Below are positions 12,993-26,757 of a DNA stretch of 57,184 nt, piece by piece. Both the position numbers and the translations under genes were made by a program. Location: assembly GCA_051942245.1 (NCBI GenBank), contig JAVECL010000087.1, positions 1-57,184 on the forward strand. The letters run 5' to 3'. Position 1 is the stretch's first letter. Each line of letters starts with the position of its first letter. The notes beneath the pieces were generated by a model, which had not been told where the DNA came from, searched no databases, and saw nothing but the letters and a program-made list of their open reading frames with translations. The stretch is from Trypethelium eluteriae. Taxonomy: Eukaryota.

Positions 12993-14249
12993 ATGCTTTC
13001 TTCCTTGCTCTTGTCCCTCTTTGCTGGCCTCGTCTCGGCGCAGTCGCATGGGCATGAATGTAAGCTCTCGTAAATACAAAACCATCTCATTCTGACAATG
13101 GTAATAGTTGGATACGGCGTTCCAAGCCAATGTTCAGAATTGCCGTCCGACTTTTCACTCGTCAATCAGACTTATGTACTCCCGGATCCATTCCAACTCC
13201 TTGATGCTGGGAGGGTGACAAACCAATCCGACTGGCAATGCCGAGCAGAACAAATCCGTGCCTTGTTTCAGAAATACGAGCTTGGTGACAAACCTCCACA
13301 GCCCTCGACATTCACGCCTACATTCGCCAACAAAGCACTTACCATTAACGCTGGTGTCGGATCAAAGACGATCAGTTTCTCTGTTCCTATCACATATCCC
13401 ACCAGCGGAAAAGCTCCTTACCCCGCTGTAATCGTGTATGATGCCCCGAGCATTCCAATACCTTCAAATGTAGCAGTCATCACGCTCAATATCGATAACA
13501 TTGCGCAGCAAAACGATCAGAGCAGCCGTGGTGTCGGTCTGTTCTATGATCTATACGGCAAAAACGCAACTGCCGGTGCTTTGATGGCTTGGGCTTGGGC
13601 TGTCAGTCGAGTTGTTGATAGTTTGGAGATGCTTCCCGCAGCCCAAATCAATCCTGAGAAATTGGCTGTGACTGGCTGCTCGCGAAATGGAAAGGGAGCA
13701 ATAGTGGCCGGTGCCTTTGATGAGCGTATCGCATTGACCATTCCACAGGAGAGCGGATCCGGTGGAGATGCTTGTTGGCGAACGAGCCGAGATATGTTGG
13801 TGAACCAGAATTTGGCTACACAAACGGCTAATGAGATTGTGGGGGAGAATGTGTGGTTTTCGACAGCTTTTAATCAGTTTGCGGCCACTAACTACACTGT
13901 CGGATTACTACCTGTGGATCACCATGAACTCGCCGGTCTCGTTGCACCCAGAGGATTGTACTCGACGGAGAATGTGGGGTTCCTGTGGTTGGGAGATTTC
14001 AGTAATCTCGAATGTATGACAGCAGCCAACAAGATTTACCAGGCACTCGGAGCTACAGACCATCAAGGATTCTCACAAGATGGTCCTCACGACCACTGTT
14101 CTTTCCCAAATGACCAGATCTCGGAGATCAATGCTTTCTTCAACAGATTTCTTCTGGATGAACAGGTAAACACCTCGATCTTCAGGACTGTTGGTAGCTG
14201 GACATTTAATGCGAGCTGGACACCATGGCAAGTCCCGACATTAGCATAG
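12993..14249 (+). CDS. 4-O-methyl-glucuronoyl methylesterase (glucuronoyl esterase, CE15), no CBM1
   Basis: Signal peptide exon MLSSLLLSLFAGLVSAQ; intron 13060-13107 (GTAAGC..TAG). CE15 motifs AWAWAVSR, VTGCSRNGKGA, PQESGSGG, LPVDHHEL and HCSFP. Confidence 0.95.
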
Positions 14250-15969
14250 GGAAAGATTGTATCGTAGTTATCCTTCCTTGACTGACCTGAATTTTTCTTA
14301 ACATGCGTGTATCCTTAGTCCAGGCCAAAAGCATGAGTCAAAGCATGATATTATCACTTCGGAATTCGCTCCTCTTGAACTCGAATCAGTGCTTCAAATT
14401 AGTGTTATTGATCCAGAAAATATACAGTATACAAGCCTTGTTGCCTTCCTCGTGAAGCCAACCTGATGATGACTACATCGTAGAGGATTTTGAAGCCTTC
14501 TTCTGGCAGTAATTTCAAGACCTATTGCATAGACAAGACTCGAAGGAGAGATCGAAGAGGTCAATTGCCATTATGCCGTATAGGAAAGCGCTTGATCCAG
14601 CAGACGCCGGTAGTCTTTTGGATGGTAGATTAAGGCTACATCTTGTTCGTTCTGGTCGGTAAGATACGAGTGAAGCCATCAGCTCATTGACCCAAGCTCG
14701 AACGGAGAGTTGGTGCCTGATTGAAGTAGTCTCAGAACATAGGCATGACACGCGAATTGATCAGTTTTCTTGATGACTGGATATCTCGCTGTAAACTGCC
14801 AGTTCCGTACCCAAAGTTCCATGCCAGTCTGTATTTTTATTTAACTCCCCTTCCAACTGAACACACTTATACTGATTATGTGGAGGATATATGTCCCGCT
14901 ACCCATTCGACAACCTGTATGCCTTCTACGAGGACTGGAGCATCTTTTACTCTTCAATAGAAAATGTGGTCATTTTTCGACAAAGAATATAGAATTGTAG
15001 GTCTAAGAGGGTCGCATTGGGGTTCGATCGCAATCGGGGACGTGAGACCGTTCGAGAGTCTGTTGGAGTAGGGTTTGTAGCGAATTCCAAAGCAAATTTT
15101 CCTCGAGGCCAGAAAGATGGTAGCGGTACACGCGAACACAACATGAATGCTTGGGTCAACACACTTCATGGCGCTAAGGTAGGGATTTGGGTTTGCGTAA
15201 AGGTACGAGGGATACTGGAAGGTGATCTACATAGTCTTGTTTAGCATTGTCTCTTCACACGAACGACTGCATAAATTCAGAAACAGCATTGAAACTTCAG
15301 CCACTTCGTGGTAACCGTGGGATGGAGTACTCAGGAATATGCTCGATGGTTCACGAGACACACTCAGAGATAGAGTATACGTTCCCATGGATACCGAATC
15401 ATTCATTTCTCGAGGATTCAATCGAGGGGTATTGCAATGGCTGTCAACTTTGGTTCCTTAGAAGTATGACTGCGAATTCCTGGTGATGTTGGCAGAGTCA
15501 TAACCTCCAAGCGGAGAAAACGAAGAGGAGCGGCACACATTCCGACAGCGGAGCGGAACACAAGGATCGACGCCGATTTAGTCCGACATGTAAGACATAA
15601 TCGCGCTGGGTACTGGAGAATTTCTCGAGAGCTCAAGAATTGGTATCAATTCAGAGATTACCTACTTCTGTCCTGTTTGGCTCATATGTAGGTACTGTAG
15701 ACTCCAAGTTTAACTTAAGTGGACGCAAAGCTTGAGTCTGGGACTACTAGCGGGAAACTCTTCGTTTACTCAGAAAAGACAAGTACAACTGCCTTTAGTT
15801 CCATCCAGTGACTGCTTCATTATTATCTGACATGCTATACATCTCGATACAAGACTTCAATTTTCTAGTGTACAGGTTGGGTCGAGTCTGAAAAAGGAGA
15901 AGAGAATTCGAAATTAGATTTCGAGACGAGCAGAGATTCGACTCCAACATTATGACCTCCAAAGTGTGT

Positions 15970-18900
15970 CTATCTATCTAGAGCTTGTGCTTGACACATT
16001 CCCCAGTATACCCCTTTCTTCTGTAAAAGCTCCATATGCGAACCTTCTTCCATGATACGTCCACTCTCACCAAGAACAATGATACGATCAACGTTTTGTA
16101 CCGTTGAAAGACGATGAGCCACAACGACCACAGTAACGTTTCCACGACTTGCAATTTCTTCAACGACGGTCTGTACAAGCCTCTCGTTCTGAGAATCGAG
16201 GGCGCTGGTAGCTTCATCTAGAAGCAACAATCTTGGCCTGCGAAGAAGGGCTCTTGCAATACACATTCGTTGCTTTTGTCCTCCAGACATTGAAGCATGA
16301 GTACCCGCCATAAGAGCCGTGCTGTAACCATCTGGCAGTGAGATGACAAAGTCGTGAATCTGTGCAGCTGAGCAAGCCTCCTCAATATCGGCATTGCTGA
16401 TACTATCGGCATCAGGCAAGCCAAGAATGAGGTTCTCCCGTACAGTGCCCTTGAAAATAGTCGGTTCTTGGCTGACTAAAGAAATCTGCGACCTGTATTC
16501 ATTAATGGACGTATTCGAAATATCTACTCCATCAATTTGTATTTCCCCAGCGGAGACTTCATAGAATCGGGCGAGAAGAGCAGTGATGGTGGATTTGCCG
16601 CATCCAGACGGGCCAACGATGGCCACATATTTGTTGGTTCCGATGCTGATGTTCAGGTCATGAAAGACCGGCGTTTCCCGCGTTGGATAAGTAAAGTCCA
16701 CATGACGAAAATCTACCGAGAAGCCTTCTCTCTTTTCATCCCCCAGTATTTGTTGAGGGCTAGCCTGTTGATCCTCATGTTGGAATTCTGAACCTTCACG
16801 GAAGTCGATTATTCGATTCGCAGCAGCTGTTGCATTAGCAGCATTGCCCGTAAAAGCAAGGAATTGGCCTGCTTGCTGTCCATTTTGTACAATGGCGATA
16901 TAGATGACGAAGAATGACTGGATATCATATTCTCTGTTCGCTATTAGCTGGCCTCCGTACCACAGGCAAAGTGCCATGCACAATAGTTCAACGGAATCCG
17001 ACAGAGAAAAGACCAGAACGGCGTATCGGGCCTTGCGAAAAGCCTTGTCAACATGGTCCTTCAAAAGAACCTCGTAACGACTGGAAATGCTGTGTTCCAT
17101 CGTCAAGGCTGCAACCGTACGAAAAGCACCAATTGCTTCCGCAGCAAATTCGGAGGATTCAGCGAAAACCTTCGCATTGTACGATTCGAATTGAAGCTCG
17201 TAACGCATGCGCATGTAAGCTGCACCAAGTATCACCGGAAGAGCGCCACTTAATGATACCAAGGTAAGTTTCCATCCAAATACGAAAGAAATGATCGTGC
17301 AGGCGATCATATTGAAGAGTCCAATCAGTGGTAGCGCCATATTCGGACCGAGGAGCTCTTGTATTTGCGTTGGATCATTGCTAACACGTCCTGTCAATGT
17401 GCCAGAGGAATTGCCTTCTTTATCAAAAAATGAAATGGGTTTTCGAATGATGGACTCAAAGTATTCTTGGCGGTAATGACTACTCAAATGGGTAGACACT
17501 GCGTTGGTACAAAAGCCAATTACTCCATATGCTAGTCCAACAAACAGCGCAAGAACGAAGAACATAAGAGACCAGAAGTTGCCTCGTTCTATAAGTTTAC
17601 TGCCTGTGAACTGAAAGACGGTGATCAAGTTCGACGTTAGGAAGCTCTGTGTAGCGAACACAGCACCACAACTGCCTGCTGTGGAGATGATCAATAAGTA
17701 GAGGATATAATGCCGTCTCTGTTCATAAACCAGAAGCCCCATAGATCGAACAAAGCTTCGCAGCTTTCGATCATTCTCGGTTTGCTGGTTGTGGACTTGT
17801 TGTTCCTCGGAGCGTTGTGTTGTAAGTAAATCTTCCAGAGGCTCCCAAGATTTACCATTTTCGAGTCTCTGATCTTCATCGTCGCTGGCTCCAAGCTCAA
17901 GGTGCTGTGCAAGTACAAGGCTGGCATAGAGGCCTTCCGACTTTCCTAAGAGACCATCATGTGTACCGCTTTCGACAGCTCTACCTTCTTTGAGGACAAT
18001 GATGTGGTCGGCTTTCTTAATTGTTGAGAGTCGGTGGGCAATTGTAATAGTAGTCCGTCCCTTAGAGACGCGATCAAGTGCCGCTTGCACTATACGCTCA
18101 CCTTTAATATCAATGGCGCTCGTAGCCTCATCCAAAATGAGGATAGACGGTTGTTTCACGATGCTGCGAGCAATCGCAATCCGTTGCCGCTGACCACCAC
18201 TCAATTTAATGCCACTTTCTCCGACCATCGTTTCATACCGTTGGGGAAGGCGTTGGATGAACTCGTCTGCGAAAGCATCCTCGCATGCCCTCTGAACGAG
18301 CTTTCTTTTCACATCAGCGCTTTCGTGCTCCCACTGTGATCCAACAAGGCCGAGCTCGACATTCTCAAACACAGTCTTATTGAAGAGAAAAGGCTCCTGC
18401 TGTACAAGTCCGATGGACGATCTCCACCACGTAAGGTCCAAAGATTCGATGGGATGGTCTCCAACCAATATTGAGCCAGAATTTTGTAGCACAACTTGTT
18501 GATCGTCCGACAAGTGAGCAGCAGTCTCATCCTTTTCGGTGGCAGTGGCCCTCTGTCCACTCTTGTCAAATGTTTCCAGAGTGCCTTGCGCTGCCTTTTT
18601 CTCTTTTTTCGCAGCCTTTTCTTTTTTCTTATCAGCGCGACCAAGCTTCTTATCCTGAGTCTTATTCTCAAGCCTCTCATTGATATCCGAAAGCTGGTAC
18701 CACCTTTCTAGAAGCCCGACAAGGGTGCTCTTACCACAACCGGATGGCCCTACAAGGGCGGTGATCTTGCCAGCAGGTATCACAAGGTCCAAGCCTTTCA
18801 AGACTTGGGTATATGGCCGGTTCGGATATGCGAATGAAACGTCATGGAAATATATGTCGGAGTTCGCTTGGACATCTGGGTTTCTGAGTCCAGAGGTAGG

Positions 18901-20172
18901 GCTTGTAGGTGAATCGATAACTTTGAGTAGAGGTGCAGAAGCAGTTATCGCCTTCGTCAGTCCTTGAAGTGGAGCAAAGATACCTCCTATTGCGGTCACA
19001 ACAAGGAGCACAGAGAACAGCACCGTAAGCACGTTCCCTATGTTGGTGATTTCGCCTTTACTGTAGAGATGAACACCCAGCCAAAAGGTCAATGCCATGT
19101 TTCCGTAAATAGAAAAGTATGCTGCAACAAGATTTCATCAATGCGGGTTGTCAGTGCAATGTCTTTGAAGTGACTCACCAGGGGCGTACTGGGCTGCACT
19201 CCAAGGCGACATTTGTACACCTTTTCTCCTTGCCTTTGAAATCCATTCTGCATGTTTTCTGATCATGGCATCTTCGGCACAAAGTGCTTTGACCGTCCTG
19301 ATGGATTGAAATGCTTCCCCTGCGATGCCGGCAGCCTCCGCATTGTATTTGATGACAGCCCGGTAAAGTTTGATCCAAAATGGCATGATGACAGAGTAGG
19401 CAAGAACGACAAAAACAATAGAGGAGCTGGACACGAGTGTTAATTTCCACGACCATTTAAAAGCCACAACATAAGCGGTAATTAGGAGACTCAGTGACTG
19501 TATGAGAAGTCCCAACTTATCGGAAATGCCCATTTGGATCGTATTTGCCGCAGTGGTGAGTGAATCTGTAGCAGAGCCCGATGGAAGCTTGTCTACTACG
19601 CTAATTGACTGACCGAGAAGTGCTGAAAGATATGCAAGGCGAATTGCTGCGGAGATACGAATTCCTACCATGCGGAAGGCGAATATCGAGACGTATTCGA
19701 GGGTGAATCTCCCAATGAAGAGATAGACAATGTAGAGGGCGTTATGGTCGAGTTGAGAGAGAAATTGGTTCTTCGAAACTCCACTGCCGGGTATGGAATA
19801 TTCGGTAAAATTGACACTCAACTTGCCAAAAACCACGATATTCATGAGCGGAAGTGCTGTGCCAGAGCCCGCCGAACAAATCACAGCAAAAATGAACAAG
19901 ACGCGGTCAATAGTAGTCGCATAAGAGAGCAGACGCGAGAAGTCTTTGAAGAATCGGGTTGTATTCTCTTGTTCAGACTTTGCTTTGCTAGCAGGATCCT
20001 CATTTGTGGTTGCTTTAACGTCAATGACAGAGTCCTCATGTTCACGCACAGCGCTCTTCTCATAGTCATTTTTCGAAGTATCGAGCCCATCTGACCGCAG
20101 GCTGGTCGTTTGGATATTGCTGTCGATATCGGGAGGCTGTGGTACTGTCGTAAAAGGGGCGGCGTCGGCCAT
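15970..20172 (-). CDS. Full-size ABCB (MDR/P-glycoprotein-type) transporter
   Basis: TMD-NBD-TMD-NBD layout; Walker A GPSGCGKS x2, signatures LSGGQRQR and MSGGQKQR, Walker B LDEATSA x2. One intron at 19122-19178 (GTGAGT..CAG) joins the two ORFs in frame. Confidence 0.95.
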
Positions 20173-22418
20173 GAATGAACTGCCTAAGACAATTGCAAAA
20201 TGATAGGAGAAGACTGCGCTGTTAAGTTTGCTTGAATAGTTAATCAGGCATGCTTTCAGTCGGAGGAGATCAATTTCAACGCTTTTTCATTGGTGCCTGA
20301 AATCTGCAGCCTGAAGGACATGGTTCCGGAATCCTAGAGCTACCCGCATTTTAGGACGGCTCGTATTCTTCGCAGCAAAGGCTTGCGCGGCTTGATGCGT
20401 TGTTGTCCAAGGAAAGTAGTGGCTAAAACCCGAACATGGTGACTCATGCAACGTAAAGGTGCGGCATTTTGGCATCTCTGTATCGTAATGGGGGATGTTG
20501 TAGCAAATAATTCGGAACAGTCGCCGCCCTTAGGGTGTTTCGGTAATCTCTTGACTGAAATAGGGGCCGTATGCGAGGTGTGGCTGTGCAGGAAATCTTA
20601 ACCCATGTTGACTTTCCCCATGACTCAATAATACGAAGGTTCGCCAAGATCGTGATGTCGCAACACTTCTTCGTGTCTGGATTTGCGATCATGGATAGAT
20701 CTAAGTCGTCAGTGGACAGAATTGGCTGGTCGATTGCTTTGGCTTTCACAATGTTTCCTACATTGTTCCCATTGTCATTTGGGGATAGGATTGGTGCCCC
20801 GCCGTTCCCGCCAAGATAGCTTCTCCAAATCTTTCCTACACCCTCCTCTTACAGCCTCCTTTTCAATGTTACATTCTTGGTGAGAGTGTGTATATCAAAG
20901 ACATTCGCTGCGGCGTCTCAAAGCTGTGGACTTAAAAATATCAGTCACCTTCCTTTCAATCCTCGCTCATTGGGCACAAAAATCTTTGGATCATCGTCTT
21001 GAAGCGAAAGTTCGCAGATATCCACAGCTTGGTAGATTTTGAATTTCTATCCAAATACTCCATTCGCCATTTGCTCGACTAGTCCGCAATAATCCAAGTG
21101 ACAAAGGCCTATGCTATCCCGCAGACACTTTGTCCCCAACTAAGTGAACGAAATACTGTCGCAAATCAAGTCAGGCGTACACAAGTCAGCTTAGACGGAG
21201 TTGACTACCGACATGTACAAGTTCTTCCCCTCCACTTCTTCCGGCTTTTCAGCTGAATTAGGTGGTTAGAAGATCCGTTGGTCATTGCCGGGTCGCGGAG
21301 AGCGAGCGAGCCGTCGTACCGTCCCGTCTCAGTCATGCGCCTTCAAATCCTGGTCCCCTACCTTAGCTGCGGAAGACAGATTCTTTCCTTCTCATGCGTG
21401 GATATCCACGTTTCCAGAGCAAAAGGAAATGCACTTAAGTCGCCAGGTACAAGGACTAGGAAGCTCCTGTAAACATGACTTGATACCTTGAGAAGCTCAT
21501 GTGAATCATTCTCAGTTTTTCACGGGGTTCCCGAGCCGTACCCACCTGTGGACTTTCAACTATCATCCAGCCCATCATCAACAAACCATATGAGTATCCG
21601 CGTTTTCTTATCCCACCTCCTAGTGATATCATGGTATTTGAAGCTTCCAGTCTTGCGGTGGGTTCTACCGCTAAAGCTTGGATGAGAACTTAAGGTGGCA
21701 TGGAATACTTCTGTGTGCTGACAACCAGACCGCCACCTCTGCTCCACAATCACGGGTATCGATTAGCGCCATGCTCTCCATCTGGTAGTATTCTTCACAA
21801 GCCAGAAATCAAGAATATGCATTGAGCGAGCCGAGCGAGTTGATGGCTCCTACTCAAAATATCCGAGTCCAGGCCAATGCCTGGCCAATAAGACTCTTCG
21901 TTTCGACCTCGGCATTTTCCTCCATACCCTAAGCATGACAAAAAGGAGCACACGTGCTTAGGGCTGAAGGAGCCGGTCATGATATGCAGGTCCACAGGGA
22001 AACCGATGCGGAAAGCTTTCGGCTACTTTGATGAACTACTCGACTTCGAGCCAATGAATCTTCGCGAGGCGTTGAAAAAAGGACGTGAGCATCGCTATGG
22101 TGTCTCAAAAGGAGAAATCGCCGACGCACCCCGCAAAATTAAAACAGCACCCAAGATACTATCAATCCCCCCGGTTGTTGGTGCGCTTTTACTGATTGGA
22201 ACATGACAGGAGGCTAATGAAGCTGCGTCGGATTATACTTCGCTTAGCCAGGATAGTGGCAAGTCTTGTGAACTAAGATGGATACGCCAAGGGCAAAAGC
22301 AAGTATAAGAGATGGAAAGTACTGCATACATGAGTGAGTTATCCTGAGGATCCCCTTCTTGCCTCTGCGGATGAGTGTCTGAATTCTTCAAATTGAAACA
22401 CTTTCAGACTTCGTGACC

Positions 22419-24128
22419 ATGACCATGACCATGAAGGTGTCTTGTATTTTTCTATCCGTGCTCACACTTGCCCAGGCGACTCCAACAAGAGTACAGTACA
22501 GGGCAGCTGGTCCTACAGTCGTTGTCCCTTCCCCCGAGGCGACCATCATTGGCGTCGGAGGAGTGGTTGAACAATATCTAGGAATACCATTTGCCCAAGC
22601 CCCTACAGGTTCTCTTCGGCTAAAGCCACCTCAGAAGTTGAACGAATCGCTCGGCAATGTTGACGCAACCTCAAATGGACCAGGTTGCCCTCAATTTTAT
22701 TTCAGCGATGATGCCGGTCTCAATGGTGTAATTCCTACCTCAGAATTAGGAATGCTCCTAGACACGCCCCTCTTCCAAACCGTGACAGATGCCAGTGAGG
22801 ACTGCCTCAATATCAATGTCTTCCGGCCGAGTGGAATCGATGCGTCTGCAAAGTTGCCGGTACTCTTTTGGATTTTCGGTGGCGGATTTGAACTCGGTTC
22901 AAATGCCATGTACAACGGAGCGAGTTGGGTAACGGAGTCCATCAATGAAGGGAAGCCCATAATTTTTGTTGCGGTGAATTATCGCGTGGGTGGATTTGGA
23001 TTCTTACCTGGCTCGGAGATTCTTGCTGACGGCTCTGCGAACCTTGGATTGCTGGATCAACGACTTGGTCTTCAATGGGTGAGTGACAACATTGAGGCAT
23101 TCGGTGGCGACAAAACAAAAGTCACCATTTGGGGCGAGTCTGCCGGTGCAATCTCCGTGATGGATCAAATGTTGCTCTACAATGGAGACAATACCTACAA
23201 TGGTAGCCCCTTATTCCGTGCCGGCATCATGAACTCCGGTAGCATAGTACCTGCAGATCCAGTGGATGGTGTCAAAGGACAAGCAGTATATAACACGGTC
23301 GTTGAGTACGCCGGATGTTCCAGTGCGACTGATACGCTTGCTTGCCTACGAGAGGTGGACTACGAGACCTTCCTTAATGCCACCAATTCGGTCTGCGGAC
23401 TCCTAAGCTATTGTTCTGTCGCCCTTTCGTATCTACCCCGACCTGATGGAACCGCTTTAACACAATCTCCTGAAGTTCTTGTCAAGGCCGGGCAGTATGC
23501 GTCCGTGCCATTTATTATTGGGGATCAAGAAGATGAGGGTACTCTCTTCGCCTTGTTTCAATCTAATATCACTACAGTGGATGAGCTGGTCGAGTACTTT
23601 ACCAAATACTACTTCTTCGACGCTACCCAAGAACAGCTTCAAGGACTTGTAGCTGCATACCCAGACATCACGACCGATGGCTCTCCATTCCGAACCGGTG
23701 ATCTAAACAATTGGTACCCCGAATACAAGCGTTTAGCTGCGATTCTCGGTGACCTTACGTTTACACTTATACGACGGGGCTTCCTCAGCTTTGCAAGTTC
23801 AGTGAAACCAGATGTCCCATCTTGGTCGTATCTTTCGAGTTACGATTACGGAACTCCAATTCTTGGCACCTTCCATGGCAGTGACCTTCTTCAGGTCTTT
23901 TATGGACTATTGCCCAATTATGCATCTTCGGCATTTCATGCTTATTATATCAGCTTCGTGAATGATTTGGACCCAAACAGTAATAACATCTACCCCGATT
24001 GGCCTCAGTGGAGCTCCAGTAACCAGTTACTGAACATGTATCCGACATATTCGACGTTCATTTCAGATGATTTTAGATCGGATGCATACAATTTCCTTGT
24101 CCCACAAGTTAGCAGCTTCCATATCTAG
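22419..24128 (+). CDS. Secreted type-B carboxylesterase/triacylglycerol lipase (Candida rugosa lipase-like)
   Basis: Signal peptide; GIPFA, EDCL, WIFGGGF, GESAG (catalytic Ser), GDQEDEG and GTFHGSD motifs. Tandem in-frame ATGs at 22419/22425/22431 make the exact start uncertain. Confidence 0.95.
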   Translation: MTMTMKVSCIFLSVLTLAQATPTRVQYRAAGPTVVVPSPEATIIGVGGVVEQYLGIPFAQAPTGSLRLKPPQKLNESLGNVDATSNGPGCPQFYFSDDAGLNGVIPTSELGMLLDTPLFQTVTDASEDCLNINVFRPSGIDASAKLPVLFWIFGGGFELGSNAMYNGASWVTESINEGKPIIFVAVNYRVGGFGFLPGSEILADGSANLGLLDQRLGLQWVSDNIEAFGGDKTKVTIWGESAGAISVMDQMLLYNGDNTYNGSPLFRAGIMNSGSIVPADPVDGVKGQAVYNTVVEYAGCSSATDTLACLREVDYETFLNATNSVCGLLSYCSVALSYLPRPDGTALTQSPEVLVKAGQYASVPFIIGDQEDEGTLFALFQSNITTVDELVEYFTKYYFFDATQEQLQGLVAAYPDITTDGSPFRTGDLNNWYPEYKRLAAILGDLTFTLIRRGFLSFASSVKPDVPSWSYLSSYDYGTPILGTFHGSDLLQVFYGLLPNYASSAFHAYYISFVNDLDPNSNNIYPDWPQWSSSNQLLNMYPTYSTFISDDFRSDAYNFLVPQVSSFHI

Positions 24129-24305
24129 ACTAGGAAGGTCTCGCATGGAACAGGTTGGGTTTATGCCACCATTTCTCCGTTCCTCGGCGTACTTAGGGGA
24201 TATGATGAAAAGGCTCGGGTACTGCGGGAATTAGAGACTCAATAGCGTAATGGAAGTTCCAGCCCTGTCGATGATTATGGCATTTCGATTTGGCACTGCG
24301 TCGGA

Positions 24306-25328
24306 TCAAATTTTGCTCTTGGATGAATTCTCAATTCTCATCCGCTGTGCCATCCTCGCCAAAGCATACAGGCTCTGTAGTCTAGGCATGTTAAGCCCTT
24401 TCTCTTGTGCAAGCCGAATAGGATTTCCTAAGATAACCTCAAGTTCCAATATTTTCCCTTGCTCCCAGTCAGCCCACATACTGGGACGACCTCCAGTAGG
24501 GTCCCTTTGAGTACTTCGTAAGAGTAAATCTGACGAAGCAAAATCAGAAGGAAATGGCTGCCCGATGACCTTTGGTCCCGTTTCAAGGACTTCTTCCATG
24601 ACGCCCTTCAAAAACTCGTGAAACAAGGGATCGTTCGCCATGACCGCATTGGATGGCCCTCCGCAAAGAACAGAACTGGGATTGAAGGCTGCGTTGATGG
24701 CAATCTTATGCCAGCGAACGAGCTGGAGTTTTTCATGCGAATATGCTGAAGCATCTTGAATACCTCCAGCTACGAGCAAATTGACGAATGTTAAATTCCG
24801 AGATGTTGCAGTTTCGTTCTCGTTGCTCAAGCTGTATGCGTCGTTATTGGGCAGATATGGACCAACACTGATGCGAGTCCAACGACTATGCTTGATCTCC
24901 CCTGAACGGGGTTGTTCGGCGGAGACGACAGTCACGCCGCTAAGGATTGATGCATGCGGGAATCGCTTTCGATATGGTTCTTCAACTCCAAGTCCATTTT
25001 GAATAAGTACAACTGCAGTTGGACTCCCTACAAGGCCCTCGAGCAACTGTGAATCATCGCTCACATCCGGCAATGCCTTTGTACTGACGACAATATAATC
25101 CCATGCTATTCCACTCTTGCGTGCCTCTAGAGGGGTTGAGAACACATTTGAGGGTCGCCATACATATGTTCCATATTTTGGAGATGTGACAGAGAATCCG
25201 TTCGTCCGAACAGCGTTGTAATTTGATCGGCAAACTGCTGATACTCTTGCATTTTTCGCAGTAGCGAGACGAGAGCCATAAAATGCACCAACTGCTCCAG
25301 CTCCAAATATGAGTACTTCAATTGCCAT
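24306..25328 (-). CDS. 2-dehydropantoate 2-reductase (PanE/ApbA) family protein with PTS1-like C-terminus
   Basis: GAGAVG Rossmann motif, VSTKALP, LIQNGLG, RWHKIAINAAFN, PSMWAD and LELEVILGN; ends SKI. Confidence 0.9.
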   Translation of the reverse strand: MAIEVLIFGAGAVGAFYGSRLATAKNARVSAVCRSNYNAVRTNGFSVTSPKYGTYVWRPSNVFSTPLEARKSGIAWDYIVVSTKALPDVSDDSQLLEGLVGSPTAVVLIQNGLGVEEPYRKRFPHASILSGVTVVSAEQPRSGEIKHSRWTRISVGPYLPNNDAYSLSNENETATSRNLTFVNLLVAGGIQDASAYSHEKLQLVRWHKIAINAAFNPSSVLCGGPSNAVMANDPLFHEFLKGVMEEVLETGPKVIGQPFPSDFASSDLLLRSTQRDPTGGRPSMWADWEQGKILELEVILGNPIRLAQEKGLNMPRLQSLYALARMAQRMRIENSSKSKI

Positions 25329-26757
25329 GAGTTGTACGGTGTAGTCCCTTCGGCCTAGAATCTAGACGGCGAATATTTGCGTTTGGGCGTTTCGTGATAG
25401 AGCTCGATTTCTGCTATTCCGCCAACAGGGATGCTCGTTGAAAGGACCGATCGAGAGGGCTCTGAGGGATATGGGGTTTGCAAATGTCGACTTGTTCTGG
25501 GATAGATAGGAGATAGGCGAGCTGGTAGGTTTCGCGTATCGTCAACACTAAAACTGTACCAAAGCTTGCATCAGCATTTGATTGAGTACAACTTGGGACA
25601 AGAAGCTGTAGGGTCGATGGAGTAGAATGATACCTTTCGAAAATGTACGAGCGAATTTCTTCGTTACGCTGCTGCAAAACCGCCCGCTTCAGATGAACCG
25701 AGGTTGCGGAATTCCTACTCTACCGAACCAGCCTTCCACAAGAACCTGCAGCATGGGATTCTCCAGACGGAACCGCAAAGTCGCTCCGAGCGTTTGTTCC
25801 CAGGTTGTTCGGCTCGTCGGGAAGGCCAGGAATCATATTTCGATACATCTTAATGTATATCAACACCTGAGGGTCTTACAACAAGTCCATATCTGGATCA
25901 CTGTAAGAATCGAGGCTATCAGCCAGCCTCTTTTCCATCCAAGTCATTGAACTTTTCATACGGAGCTTCTCAATTTATCTCACATCAATCCTACAAATTC
26001 TTATATATTTCCTCTATAGGCAGTATTTTCATCGAAGCCAGTATAGTTTCTCTAAGCTCTGTCTGTACTCCTTAGCTTTCACAAATGTCGGACGGCAAAA
26101 CTACCTTTATTTATCTCCTCAATAAAGATTAGTATACTTATCCCATCATTCTAGGTAGGCAAACTTGAAGGCAATGGTTATCTCATCTATCCGAGGAATT
26201 CTTTCCTCAGTGCGGACAATTACACATTCACCAGGCTCTACCAAAAGTCCCTTAATGAACGCAATACTGGGAGAGTCGGCATTCGAATCTTCGAAATCTT
26301 AACAAAATACACGAAAGGTTACCTTCAATGGAAGAGAAGAAATTTTCCTATCAGATTTGAGAAGGTGCGCCCACGGGGATGTTACCCGCTCACCAAGGTG
26401 AAGGTAAATATGTAAAGTACATAGATCTCGCGAGTCAAGATCGAAACCAGCGAAGGAAACTCTAACAAGGTCCCAGTCGTACATTACACATTTACAGAAA
26501 CCTGGCCTGGCTAACATTGTGGCTTCTCGTAAGGTCAGCACTTACTCCATACTCCGCAGCTGAAAGGCTTTTACGGTTCGGACATTACGGACTTAAAGAG
26601 GGACTTAATCGACAACCTAATGAACCGTATACTATTAAAGATCGTGTCGTAACAGCATGACCAAGCAAGCAAATCCCCTTTCCAATTGATTGTTGAATCA
26701 CTGCTCGTTAACACCCCTTCTAAGATATCACGGAACTGATTGCCGTAGCGTTTCAAT

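Noticed and set aside
14745..15640. Possible decayed gene on the + strand
   Set aside because: Multiple stops in all frames and no recognisable motif.
22413..22433. (ATGACC)n repeat at the lipase start
   Set aside because: Trivial microsatellite that only makes the start codon ambiguous.
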